A stretch of DNA of 63,306 bases, counting the filler, from Octopus bimaculoides (Eukaryota), in the NCBI RefSeq assembly GCF_001194135.2. It is 4 parts of 4 records of this genome, joined end to end, with 100 filler letters (N's around TTAATTAATTAA, not from the genome) between each part and the next. Parts side by side here need not be neighbours in the genome. Positions count along the whole stretch, not along the records: positions 44,992 to 61,177 come from NC_068983.1; positions 61,278 to 63,306 come from NC_068996.1; 2 more parts are not named here. One strand, 5' to 3'. Of the stretch, positions 52,416 through 63,306 are shown piece by piece (the stretch's first letter is position 1; every line of letters starts with the position of its first letter). The notes below the pieces were generated by a model. The model did no database searches, was not told where the DNA came from, and saw only the letters and a list, made by a program, of their open reading frames with translations. A program made the position numbers and the translations under genes.

Positions 52416-53587
52416 AATGTAGAAAAGGAGATTAGAAAATAAAGTGAAGAATTCAAGAGAAGATCTGGGTAGAATAGAAACGTGTATGTTATGAACTCAG
52501 ATCGTCTAAAAGGAGGAAATGTTCTCTGATGATGAAAAACAACAGCGATCAGCTATTCACGTTCGAAGCCACTCGAACGTATTGAGAATGAATGCGTTAT
52601 TGTTTGGATTACCGCTCTTCTGCGTACACTTAATGAATGATTGATTGAAACTTATTATAGATATAGATATTAATTTCCAACATTGATGCATTCCCTCAAA
52701 TTTAGGAGCAGGAGAAATGACAATTATATCGACCTCTGTACTTGACAGGTACTTTATTTTATCAACCCTAAAAGAATAAGGTTTATCATTGTGGGATTCA
52801 AATGTCAGAAACGTAAAGAAGTGTAACTAAATGCTGCATGATACTTCAATCAACATTCAACCAGTTCTGCTAATTAATCGTCTTTTTATCTGCTACGCAT
52901 CATATTCTACTAATTCACTTCTAGGTTATCCACCATTCTACCGATCCTACCATTCCACAACCATTATATTAAACACTTTATTGATTCTGTCACTCTGCAG
53001 TGAATATTGTAAATATACACACTTCAGAACAAAGGAATAATTATCGCCATCATAACTGCTTCCATTTCCTTCAGTTATTGGTTTTGTCGGGAGTGTTGCT
53101 GGCATGTTGTGTCATCGGATGTTATAGTGCTTTGTCGATGCTGCTGTGGTTGCTGTTTGAATTATAATGAATGAAAATGTTTCTTGGGCTGCGCGAAGAA
53201 GTAAATGAACGACATTCACGAACATTTAACAAAGAAGACAAACAGCGTTGGCCTTTTACAGTTAACAACAACAATAATTACATACTGGGTAAGAGATACT
53301 GCTCTGAGTTTACAGTAAGCCGTACGGCTTGCTCAACATATCTAAAAACAATTGTGCTAACTTCGTGATGACGGAAGTTTCTGGTTATCTATCTGCGCCT
53401 TCTGTCTTAGCTGCCTTCTTGGTTTGTCTGGCTGGGCCCTCTGTTGGCAAGAATAGAGGCGCATATTGCTCAGCCGCCTTTCAACACTCTGCGATTAATT
53501 AAAAGCGGCCTTTTATGGGGGTACAAAAAGAAAGTTCTAAAGACTGAATAACGCGATGGCTTAATGTTGAGGATTGCTTAATAGACT

Positions 53588-54028
53588 TGTAGCGTAGACA
53601 CGGGTGAAATTCCTCTCTCCCATTTATTATATATACGTGCATTCGAACGTAACAGGGAGCAGCTAACCTTTGGCCGCTATTTGGATCCCGTCGTGTCTAC
53701 TACTCTGATTGGTTGGTATTGGCGCAATTTGTCTCTTACTCGATTGTACCAACTGCCGTGTATAACCAGTTGGAGGTCCTAAATAAATTCACGTGGGACA
53801 ACCTGTTTACAACCCTGCTTTTAGCCTACAGTTCTTTATAAAAACTCAAAACGGTAGAGGAGTAGGGGCCGAAACCGGACGTGGTTCCTCCTGATGATGT
53901 CTTTAGCTAACTGGATCCTATAAAGGAGCTGTTGTGGTAGCAGACCACGAAACATGGTTGAAATTCCATTCCTTCCTTTCCGTCTCAAACGAGCTTGCCA
54001 GCCTTTCTCGACTGCGAGAGAAATTACA
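53588..54028 (+). mobile_element. Short LTR-like element of the 57981 subfamily
   Basis: First about 250 bp align to 57981-58236; TGT start and a TTACA at 54024-28; no TSD found, so the 3' end is tentative. Confidence 0.6.
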
Positions 54029-55909
54029 AGAACATCGTGCGTTCGGAAAATAATATCTTTTATCTGAATTGTGAGCGAGTGATTAAAACCATATCTATAT
54101 CTCTCTTTAGCCCGAGCCTTCCAACCATCAACAGCTATACGTTTTGTAAAAATCTGGCTTTTTAATCTCGTATGCCTTTTAACATATATATATTTTCAAC
54201 TTCCTAAAATTTTTTATCCATTTTTTTATCAATGTATAAGGAGCATAATTCTAAAAATATAGAATTGATTTATTTATGTGTTTATTGATAAGTCTACGTT
54301 TATTTATATGTTGCTTCGTGGATTATGTAAATATTTTTACCGATGATTAAATCTGGATATCCGTAAACATATACGCACGATATCGCACGCGCGCATACAC
54401 ACACACACACACACGCACATACCCATGTACATGTACACACCCACGTACACACATACCAAACACACGTATAGACATACATGCGCACATTCATACGCACTCA
54501 CAAAAACACTTCGTGTATGTATGACGCAGATACACGCATATTTTTACACACACGCACGCACGCGCACACACACATGTGTACACACACACATGTGTACACA
54601 CACACACACACACACACGACAAGGGAACACGTACGGTTTTGATTACACTATAAAGATGACTGAAATTCAACTGGAATACAAATTCAGTCAGCGGGAGATT
54701 AACGCATGAGAAACAAAATTGATGTCTGACCGTATTTCATTAAGATATTTTAAGATATTTTTCACTGTCTCGTACACATTTAAAAGACGGGATCAGTTCT
54801 ATTTACTGGTTGAACCACTTCATCTTGTTTTGCTGAAATATTCTACGAATCAGCGATAACGGGTAGAATAATCAGTGTGTCAGCTATGATCAAGAAAAGA
54901 CTTCGTTACCTCCAACGCAGTCATTTGATAATTTCTTTGAGATTAGTTGCTTTTATTTTTTATATTTAATGTTTTATTATATTATATTCATCTTATTTTT
55001 TGAATAGGAGGAACATACTGACGTCACTGACTCGTTCGTGTTATGTTTTACATCTTGTGGCATCGCTCCAAAACTAGATAACGAGGGTGCTATCAAATCT
55101 GACATCAATGCAATCCTCTCGATATTTGCAAACCTCTCATGCAGAAATTTCATTAAGATTTTATTTTCCTTCCTACGCCCGTCTCACTTTCCACTTTTCA
55201 TTTACCTTATTATTATATTTTTTCTGGTTGTTTTATTGCAACCATTTCCACACCTGTACAGGTACTTATAATATGTAACATTTCGTTCCCTCCTTTATTA
55301 TATATTCTTCAAAAAAGATCTTTCGAGAATAGAAATAAATGGATTAATAAAATGAATTCTTGAGTGGTTTAGTAACATTCTATTAAGCATTTATCAAAAC
55401 CCTCACCGATTATATTGGTATGAAGCGTGAAAATTTTAAGGAACATTAACAGCAGAGACAACTTAATCAGTATTGAAGTGTGGATTTTGGCCAACCTTTC
55501 CTATAAAATTAACACAACTTCGACTACTAGAAACATGCTCTCGTATAAAGGAATCGCCCTGTGCGGTCCGTACACTCCGCACCGCTTATGTCACGCCACT
55601 GGAGTGAAGGTACTGATTACTCGAGCAGTTGCCGGGAGAGTCATCTGCTCGAAGATGCCACATCCTGTGTGTAGCATATTCTAAATATAAAAGGAGGTTA
55701 AGATGAAAATTCCTCCTGTATTCGAGCCTGTGGACTGTTCCGTTGATCGGGTCAACAGGAACCCTCGTCGTCGTAACCAACAGAATAGCAGTATGTATAT
55801 AAATGTGTATGTGTGTGTGTGCGCGCGCGCGTGTGTGTGTGTGTGTGTTTATATATATATATATATATATATATATGCGTGTGTGTGTGTGTGTATGTAT
55901 GTATATATG

Positions 55910-56971
55910 TGTAGTGAAACCTCTCTCTCGGGCATTCAATCATAAATGATAACGAAGCTGCTAACAACTAGCCTTCGGTTGCCTTGGTCCTTTCTGTCCA
56001 TCATCCTGATTGGTTCTTATTTGCGCGGCAATTGTCCCCATGTTCTGCTTGCTAAGGGGGCGTTTACGTCCAATCGTGGCTTCAGCTAAAATCACGTGAG
56101 AAGGAGTTTTACTGGGTTTCCGGTGAGCCCTTTTTCGCCTATAAATAAGCCCGATCCAACGACGGCAATCGTCTTCGATTTCAGATCTCTCACAAGTCTG
56201 GTCGTTGACCACACACATACAGAACACAGCTACAACCAGTTCCAGCGCCGACGTCTTCACCACCAATGTACTGTCTACCGTTGTCGTCGCCAGCAACACC
56301 AACATCAACAAGAGCGGTTTATCTCGATGCTGTTGAGTGGATTGTTTTCACTCACGAATAATAGTCAGAACTATCCAGCTAGAATATACTATACCAGGTC
56401 ACACAGGTCGCAGCATTCGACACTCAACACACATAGTGTGATACTACAGCTCTGCTCCTTGGCCACAACTTCCTGCGTATGAACATTCTATCTCCTTGTG
56501 TAACTCTTGTATGAACTGGTTTTCTCTATTCTCAGTGTTTAAGACTTTTTACAGTCTATGTTACAGACACTCTTTCTATTATTCTGTGTTTCCTCTCATT
56601 CACACGCACACTGGTACTCTCACATATTGTACACACACTATTGTTTATACGACTGTCCGTCACTTCACATTGTTGTATACATTCTCTTGTACACCAAGGC
56701 CTGACTTATCTACTGTGTTAATTTTATATGTCGCATGCACGCGCACACAGACAAACATTTTCACTTTGTTAATAAATTTATTCTCATTATATATCTATCG
56801 GTTAAGTTTGTCCTAAGTTCTTTTACTGGCACAATGGCTCGTATCTCTTACGACGAGCCTTCTATCTTATATATATATCTTTATTTTGTGTTCGACCGTG
56901 CGACGTGATAAAAAGGAGCCTTTACCGTCTACGTCGCCATCTCCTTTGGTTCGCACGGTCGAAGTATTACA
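55910..56971 (+). mobile_element. Solo LTR (1062 bp), probably Gypsy-type
   Basis: TGTAG...TTACA ends; 4-bp TSD TATG (55906-09, 56972-75); CCAAT 56070, CACGTG 56093, TATA 56140, AATAAA about 56771. Confidence 0.85.
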
Positions 56972-56991
56972 TATGTATATATATATATATT

Positions 56992-59271
56992 TTGGGTCAT
57001 CCAATAAATAATGCGGTTTTTTCAATTGCATAAATTAAAAGTTGGAGTGGGATGGGATAAACTACCTGCATCAACTTGCTATAAAAGCAGTCATTAACTT
57101 TATCTTGTCCGTATTCTTAGTTCAAGTTTTGAAGAGTGCAGTTTGATTTTAACAGTTATTTTATCAAAGCTATAATGGAAGTGACAAAGGAGCATATTCA
57201 GCATATTTTGCTTTATGAGTTCAATAAAGGCAACAACGCATCGAAAAGTGCAAGGAATATTAATGCAATACATGGGGATCGGACAATAGGCGTAGGCCAA
57301 TGTCAACAGTGGTTCCAGAAATTCCGAGCCAGAAACTATAGCATTGTAGATAATCCTCGTCCTGGAAGATCTGTAGAGCTCGACAAGGACGTCTTGCAAA
57401 CCCTGGTGGAACAAAATCCCATCGTAACTGTTGAGGAAACAGCAGAGAAGTTTGGATTTGGTCACTCAACCATTCATCAACACTTACGTACCATCGGAAA
57501 GGTCCGCAAATTGCATCAATGGGTTCGTCACAATCTTTCCGAGTCTAATCGCGCGCAAAGAGTGAATGCGAGCTCTTCTTTGCTGCCATGTCTCATGAGT
57601 GAACCTTTTTGAATGGAATAGTGATTGGTGACGAGGAATGGGTTTTCTGTAAAAATATCACGTGCCAAAGTCAGTGGGTAGGGAAAGGAGAACCACCAGT
57701 ACCACTGGCTAAAGAAGGTCTTCACCCATGGAAGGTGTTGTTATCTCTTTGGTGGGATATGAACTTTTAAACCCAAACCAAACGATAGCAAAGATCTACT
57801 ACGAACAGCGCGAGCAGCTTAAGTCAGCGCTAGAAGAAAAACGACCATCTTTGGTTTCAAGACTAAAGGTGTTCTATCAGGATAATGTTCGGCCACATAC
57901 AGCAAGGATGGCATTCCAAAGGCTGGAGCAGTTTGAATGGGAAACGCTGCCCCACTCATCATATTCTCCGGACATAGTCCTGTAGCGTACACTCGAGTAA
58001 AAATCCTCTCTCCTCTTTATTATATATACGTGCATTCAAACGTAGCAAGTAACAGCTAGCATTTGGTTACTATTTGAAACCCCTTTGTGTCCGCTACTCT
58101 GATCGATTGGTATTGGTGCAATTTGTCTCTTACTCTGTCGCGCCAATTTGCCGTGTATAACCAATCAGACCCCCTAAAAATCACGTGAGACAGCTTGTTC
58201 TCAACCAAGTTTTAAGCCTAAAGCTGCTTATATAAACCCAGCTTCTTGTCTCGTGGTCTTTCGGTTCCAGACCTTTTTATGTCTAGCCACTGACCACTGA
58301 ACACAGCCAGTTCCAGCGACGACACCACAGCAGCTACGTTGAGACTAACCAACTTCGTCCAATAGCAATACGGCAATCTCTTACTTCGTCGCCACCATCA
58401 TCTTCTCAACGTCGTCAACATCATCTCTCTATGTACACACCTCAGCAAGCAACAAGCAACTCATCCAGGTTCCAACACTTCTCTCTTCGTGAATTACTTC
58501 ACCATGGATCAACAGTGAATATACAACCTGCAAGAACTTCTGTATCAAGTGACCCAGGCAGCAGCATCACAGCCATGACGTCACGTATGGCATGTACCTG
58601 CAGCCGGCTCAGCATCATGGCCGCAGTTTCTTGATACAGTATTTCAACTATCGTGTACAATTGACTACGAAATGGTATTCTCATTCTTGTGTCTATGAAC
58701 TTCCCACTTCGATGGCTATAGACTCTTTCACTGTCTCATTCATTGCTATTCTTATATGCTCTTAACACACGCATACATACATTCTTTTTCATGACGGTCT
58801 GTCTATTATTCTGTATACATGACGCACAAACAGACATACATGTTATTACATCAATAAATCTTCTCTTAAACATTGTACGCAGTTGTGTCTCCTTTTTCTC
58901 TCTGGCACTTACATGTTCTATTAATTTTATACTTATTGTATCGATCATGTGATGTACTAAAGCGCCATTCTCGTTACCTCGCATCGCACGGCCCTTACAG
59001 CTCCATCTGATTATAATTTATTCCGTAGCTTTCAAAATCCTTTGGACGGAAAAAATATGTATTCTGTAGGCAAGGTCAGAACAGTAATAGAAGAGTATTT
59101 TTTGTCACGGACAAGTGAATTTTGGAAGAGGGGCCTTGCAAGCCTACTAGATAGGAAGAAGAGCATTGTAGAAAATGAAAGAGAGTATATTTTGGATTAA
59201 AAAAGAATTTTATTTATCTTAATTTTGAAAAATAAAAGTATAAAAACCGCATTATTTCTGGGATGACCCAA
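56992..59271 (+). mobile_element. Mariner (DD34D) interrupted by a solo LTR, inactive
   Basis: TIRs TTGGGTCATCC..AATAATGCGGTTTTT at both ends; ATG 57175; motifs IGDEEW, QDNVRPH and YSPDI|APSDYNLF split by the insert; stop about 59200. Confidence 0.92.
57981..58999 (+). mobile_element. Solo LTR (1019 bp) inserted in the mariner YSPDIAPSD motif
   Basis: TGTAG...TTACA ends; flanks GTCC and GCTCC form an imperfect TSD; removing it restores the transposase frame. Confidence 0.85.
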
Positions 59272-59488
59272 TGTNNNNNNNNNNNNNNNNNNNNNNNNNN
59301 NNNNNNNNNNNNNNNNNNNNNNNNNNNNNNNNNNNNNNNNNNNNNNNNNNNNNNNNNNNNNNNNNAAATTAAAATTAAATTGAGCCTTATAGATATTTAC
59401 TTTACTTTATTTTAATTATTAATTTTTCTATATGTGATAGTGGATTTTCATCGATGAGTTCTTGAAAATTGGTTATTTTCCCTAAAAC

Positions 59489-59596
59489 TATATGTGACAA
59501 TTATTCGGTAGCCATGAGTTTCGGATGTCGGGGCGGAAACCCGCGCCGCTATCTCTTCAGTTGTCGGGCATGGCTACCGAATAATTGTCACATATA
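59489..59596. repeat. Perfect 28-bp inverted repeat enclosing a truncated HHR core
   Basis: Arms 59489-59516 and 59569-59596; minus-strand loop CTGAAGA GATAGCGG...ACATCC GAAA CT. Confidence 0.75.
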
Positions 59597-59669
59597 TTTA
59601 CAGATAAATTCCTCTATTTACATAATATCGAGGTCTCTTTCATTCTTTTGTTGTCTTACCATTTCTATC

Positions 59670-59706
<37 letters not shown>

Positions 59707-60569
59707 ATATATATTATCACTTATGTGGGAAATGGGTGTGTGTTTGTTTGTGGCGTTGTTAGCTAACTCCTCCTACATCATTTTATTGATTTTGATGAAA
59801 CTTGATACGTGAGTAGAACTCATGTCTGGAAAACTCGTAATATACTTAGATTGTTGAAAAAAAATCGATATTAGGGCACCTCCAATAGATCCTTCTATCT
59901 ACTACATATTACTAATATTTTATTTAAACCCAAGGCAAACAACCCATACCACCTGCAGTTGTAACAAGTAATAACAAATAGAAGTAATAACTTGTCATAA
60001 TTTTATTAGTTTTAATAAAAGCTAATATTTTCTAAATCTAAATATATTATTTGAAATCTTATCCTTAGCTGCAATATTTTAAGTAAAACATTTGTTGTTC
60101 TGTACTTTACCAGCTGTAATAACTTGTCCTGAACTTTTCCAAGTGTAATAACTTGTCCTGTACTTTTCCAGATTTATAATCTTAAGAATATTAATTCTCT
60201 TGATTGCATTTTTGCATGTAATTTATCTATGTGTGTGTATGATAATATTATACATATCAGAAAAGAAAAAATAACTTTAATTTGTTAAGCTAAGACAATC
60301 ATATCAAAAATTTAAGCCAGTCATTTATTGGCAATACATGACACATACATCTTACATTGTACTAGGGAATTACATGTATATTCAGTATTTTTAATGTTGA
60401 TGACTAAGACAAATATTCCAGCTGACACCTCAAAGAAACTCTTCCACAATTTTGTGGCTCTCCCATCAAGCAACACACAAGTTATGAAGTAGTTTTTGTA
60501 GCTGCACATAGCTTCGATGAACACTTCTTTATGATGTATTACCAACAGTGTCCTGCTGGATAATTGTGC

Positions 60570-60617
60570 TCACTGTTGCTTCTTCACACTGGAACCATTA
60601 CCAGGCAATTGATTATC
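60570..60617 (-). CDS. Candidate exon DNQLPGNGSSVKKQQ* (terminal, or internal via CA|GTGAGC donor)
   Basis: Pyrimidine tract and TGCAG acceptor on the minus strand, in a CpG-poor domain. Confidence 0.25.
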   Translation of the reverse strand, partial: DNQLPGNGSSVKKQQ

Positions 60618-61077
60618 CTGCACTTAATACCCCAAGGGGGAAAAAACCAAATTTTTTTTTCTGCCAGTAGTAAATAAAGAAGAGCCACCAATAGAAGACC
60701 TAGTCTGTTAATTGCTTTAAACAGTTTTGACACTTTTGTTTATTAGAATATCATGTCAGGAAACAAAGCAGATTTAATTCTCTCTTTTAATTCTCTGTAT
60801 ACTGTTTAGTGTATACACAGATTAATCTGTTCTAATCACCTAATTCGTATAATGATCAGGTTTTTCAGGGTATTTTTCTTCCTCTCTTTAATCTGTTGGT
60901 CGATACTCTAGATTTAGTTAAAGACTTCATCAATTCGTTTGACCCCAGGTTTAATCTTACTAATATAAGAGAAGTATTTTAAAAGACTTCTTTTAGGTAC
61001 ATAATTGTTTTGCATACACAAATACACAAACACACTCCCACACCTCCAGCACACATAAACACACACCCACACAAGTC

Positions 61078-61137
<60 letters not shown>

Positions 61138-63068
61138 TCAATCATGCATGCATATATATATATATATATATATATATNNNNNNNNNNNNNNNNNNNNNNN
61201 NNNNNNNNNNNNNNNNNNNNNTTAATTAATTAANNNNNNNNNNNNNNNNNNNNNNNNNNNNNNNNNNNNNNNNNNNNTGTGTGTGTGTGTGTGTGTGTGT
61301 ATTTATACACACATTTACATTATGAGGGTGAAACGAACAAAGAAATGAAGATAAAGCAATAAATAAATAAGGAACAAGTAGTGATAAGAAAAGATATATA
61401 AATCGAAGGCGGTGGGAGTGGGCAAATAAAAATGTGAAAAGTTGAGGAGGCGAAGGAGGAGGAGGGGGAGGAATATCCTTATTTGCTTCCAGTACGTCAA
61501 AATAGGACATAAACAAGATAGAGAAAAGGGGAAGCCTACAGCGATATGTGATGAAATGTAGAAGTGTTTACCATAAAAAAATGCAACGCCTATGTGTGTG
61601 TATGTGCATGTGTGCATATATGTGTATGTGTGAATATGTAATATTGTGTATGAATATATTTACTCTCAAATAAAAGCCTATATACTACAGATGCGCATAT
61701 ATGCATACAAACATACATAAATACACACATGCGTACATATAAACATACATACACATTCAAATATTTAATAAAAAAGATAAAGATAACGCGCATACATAAA
61801 TTACAAACATATTTCTGAGTTTGAGTGCATATATATCAAGAAGAGTAATATTAGTGGAACATTTTCAACAAAACTCCTGCAAAATGCAAAACATAACAGG
61901 CTTGATATAATTGTTTGGAACAGAGAAGAAAAGTTATGTACAGTTATAGAAATCAGTTGCACTATAGATGTGAGAGATTCCCCACCCACCCCCTTAAATC
62001 AGTGAGAAAGATAACATTTAAAGACAACTGCTTTGGAACTTATAGCGTCCCTCCCAGATTATAGGTTCACATTTATATATATATATATATATATNNNNNN
62101 NNNNNNNNNNNNNNNNNNNNNNNNNNNNNNNNNNNNNNNNNNNNNNNNNNNNNNNNNNNNNNNNNNNNNNNNNNNNNNNNNNNNNNNNNNNNNNNNNNNN
62201 NNNNNNNNNNNNNNNNNNNNNNNNNNNNNNNNNNNNNNNNNNNNNNNNNNNNNNNNNNNNNNNNNNNNNNNNNNNNNNNNNNNNNNNNNNNNNNNNNNNN
62301 NNNNNNNNNNNNNNNNNNNNNNNNNNNNNNNNNNNNNNNNNNNNNNNNNNNNNNNNNNNNNNNNNNNNNNNNNNNNNNNNNNNNNNNNNNNNNNNNNNNN
62401 NNNNNNNNNNNNNNNNNNNNNNNNNNNNNNNNNNNNNNNNNNNNNNNNNNNNNNNNNNNNNNNNNNNNNNNNNNNNNNNNNNNNNNNNNNNNNNNNNNNN
62501 NNNNGCTTTTCAGGCAAAGAAAATGACCAACTGGTATTACGTATCATATTTGCGGGCGTATAAGACGCACTTTTTTAATTATTTTAGTTTATCGAAAAAT
62601 TGTTCTGAGTTTAATGCAGCCGTATTGCGAACAGGAGGCCGAGTGTTGCAGGCTAGGGGGCCAGATGAGCCTTACTCCACAAGGTACAAAATGATTGTTA
62701 CTACTAATAATATATTAAAAACAAGTCAAGTATTTGGAGAGGTTAAACCATCTCATTATACCTCTTTCAACAGCATACATAACCCCCATCTTGTGTGTGT
62801 CTTATGTTGTTAAACACTTTTTAATTATCTAAATGAAAATTCTAGAAGGATGAAAGGAATATTAAACTTTCATCTGCCTGTCAACTATTTCTAATGAGTG
62901 AATGACAACAAGACTCTAGAGAGGTGTGTCACTCTGGCAGCTGATCATTGTTACACAAAATATCAGAGCCAGAAAAATGAGTTTAAGACCTTCTTTCAGA
63001 TAGTTTAACAATCTGGCCAATTTGCAGCCTTATACATGACTATATATGTACATATGCATGTATATGTA

Positions 63069-63119
<51 letters not shown>

Positions 63120-63256
63120 ATGTGCGTATGTGCGTATCTGCGTATATGTATATGTGTATATGTGAGTGTGTGCGTATGTGTGTGTATGTATATGTGTATG
63201 TGTATGTATATAAAAAATGAGTCATTACATATATATATATATATATGTATGTACAT

Positions 63257-63306
<50 letters not shown>

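Noticed and set aside
53855-53900. GAAA...CTGATGA inside the 53588 LTR as a type II hammerhead
   Set aside because: Only 4 nt are available for helix I and no helix II partner was found.
60110-60175. About 29-bp tandem duplication as a functional element
   Set aside because: Two to three AT-rich copies only; ordinary slippage.
10023-63262. Most ORF-track entries (poly-I/H/D, YIYI, CVCV, THTH, N-spanning)
   Set aside because: They are translations of microsatellites or gaps.
1-63306. TnpB/Fanzor, Cas, integrase or gag-pol ORFs
   Set aside because: No RuvC, zinc-finger or pol motifs of these types were seen in the ORF track or on manual reading; highly degenerate remnants cannot be excluded without a translated HMM search.

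Overview
AT-rich, microsatellite-dense eukaryotic genomic DNA with many N gaps. The repeat families resemble cephalopod (probably Octopus) repeats; this is an inference from recognition, not a search. Three 100-bp N44-TTAATTAATTAA-N44 linkers (17654-17753, 44892-44991, 61178-61277) mark artificial joins, so the window is four pieces. Supported content: part of an unidentified plus-strand gene (exons 12352-12401 and 15653-16630); a weaker chain of candidate exons in piece 2; tRNA-derived SINEs; RTE/RTE-X LINE fragments; Penelope-like (PLE) RT and GIY-YIG fragments; two full-span dead mariners; a DD37D/maT-like fragment; and four related LTR-like elements at 51-59 kb. The most interesting signal is a set of about ten type I hammerhead-ribozyme (HHR) motifs (CTGANGA...GAAA) from several sequence families. 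Nearly all have a palindromic helix III, many have a long helix II, and they repeatedly sit in or beside fold-back inverted repeats. One locus (24.2-25.2 kb) has a 539-bp direct-repeat period plus an inverted copy, which fits a retrozyme-like, PLE-mobilised element copied from a circular or multimeric RNA. Folding was done by eye; no activity, database match or novelty has been verified. No CRISPR, rRNA, true tRNA or TnpB/Fanzor ORF was seen.
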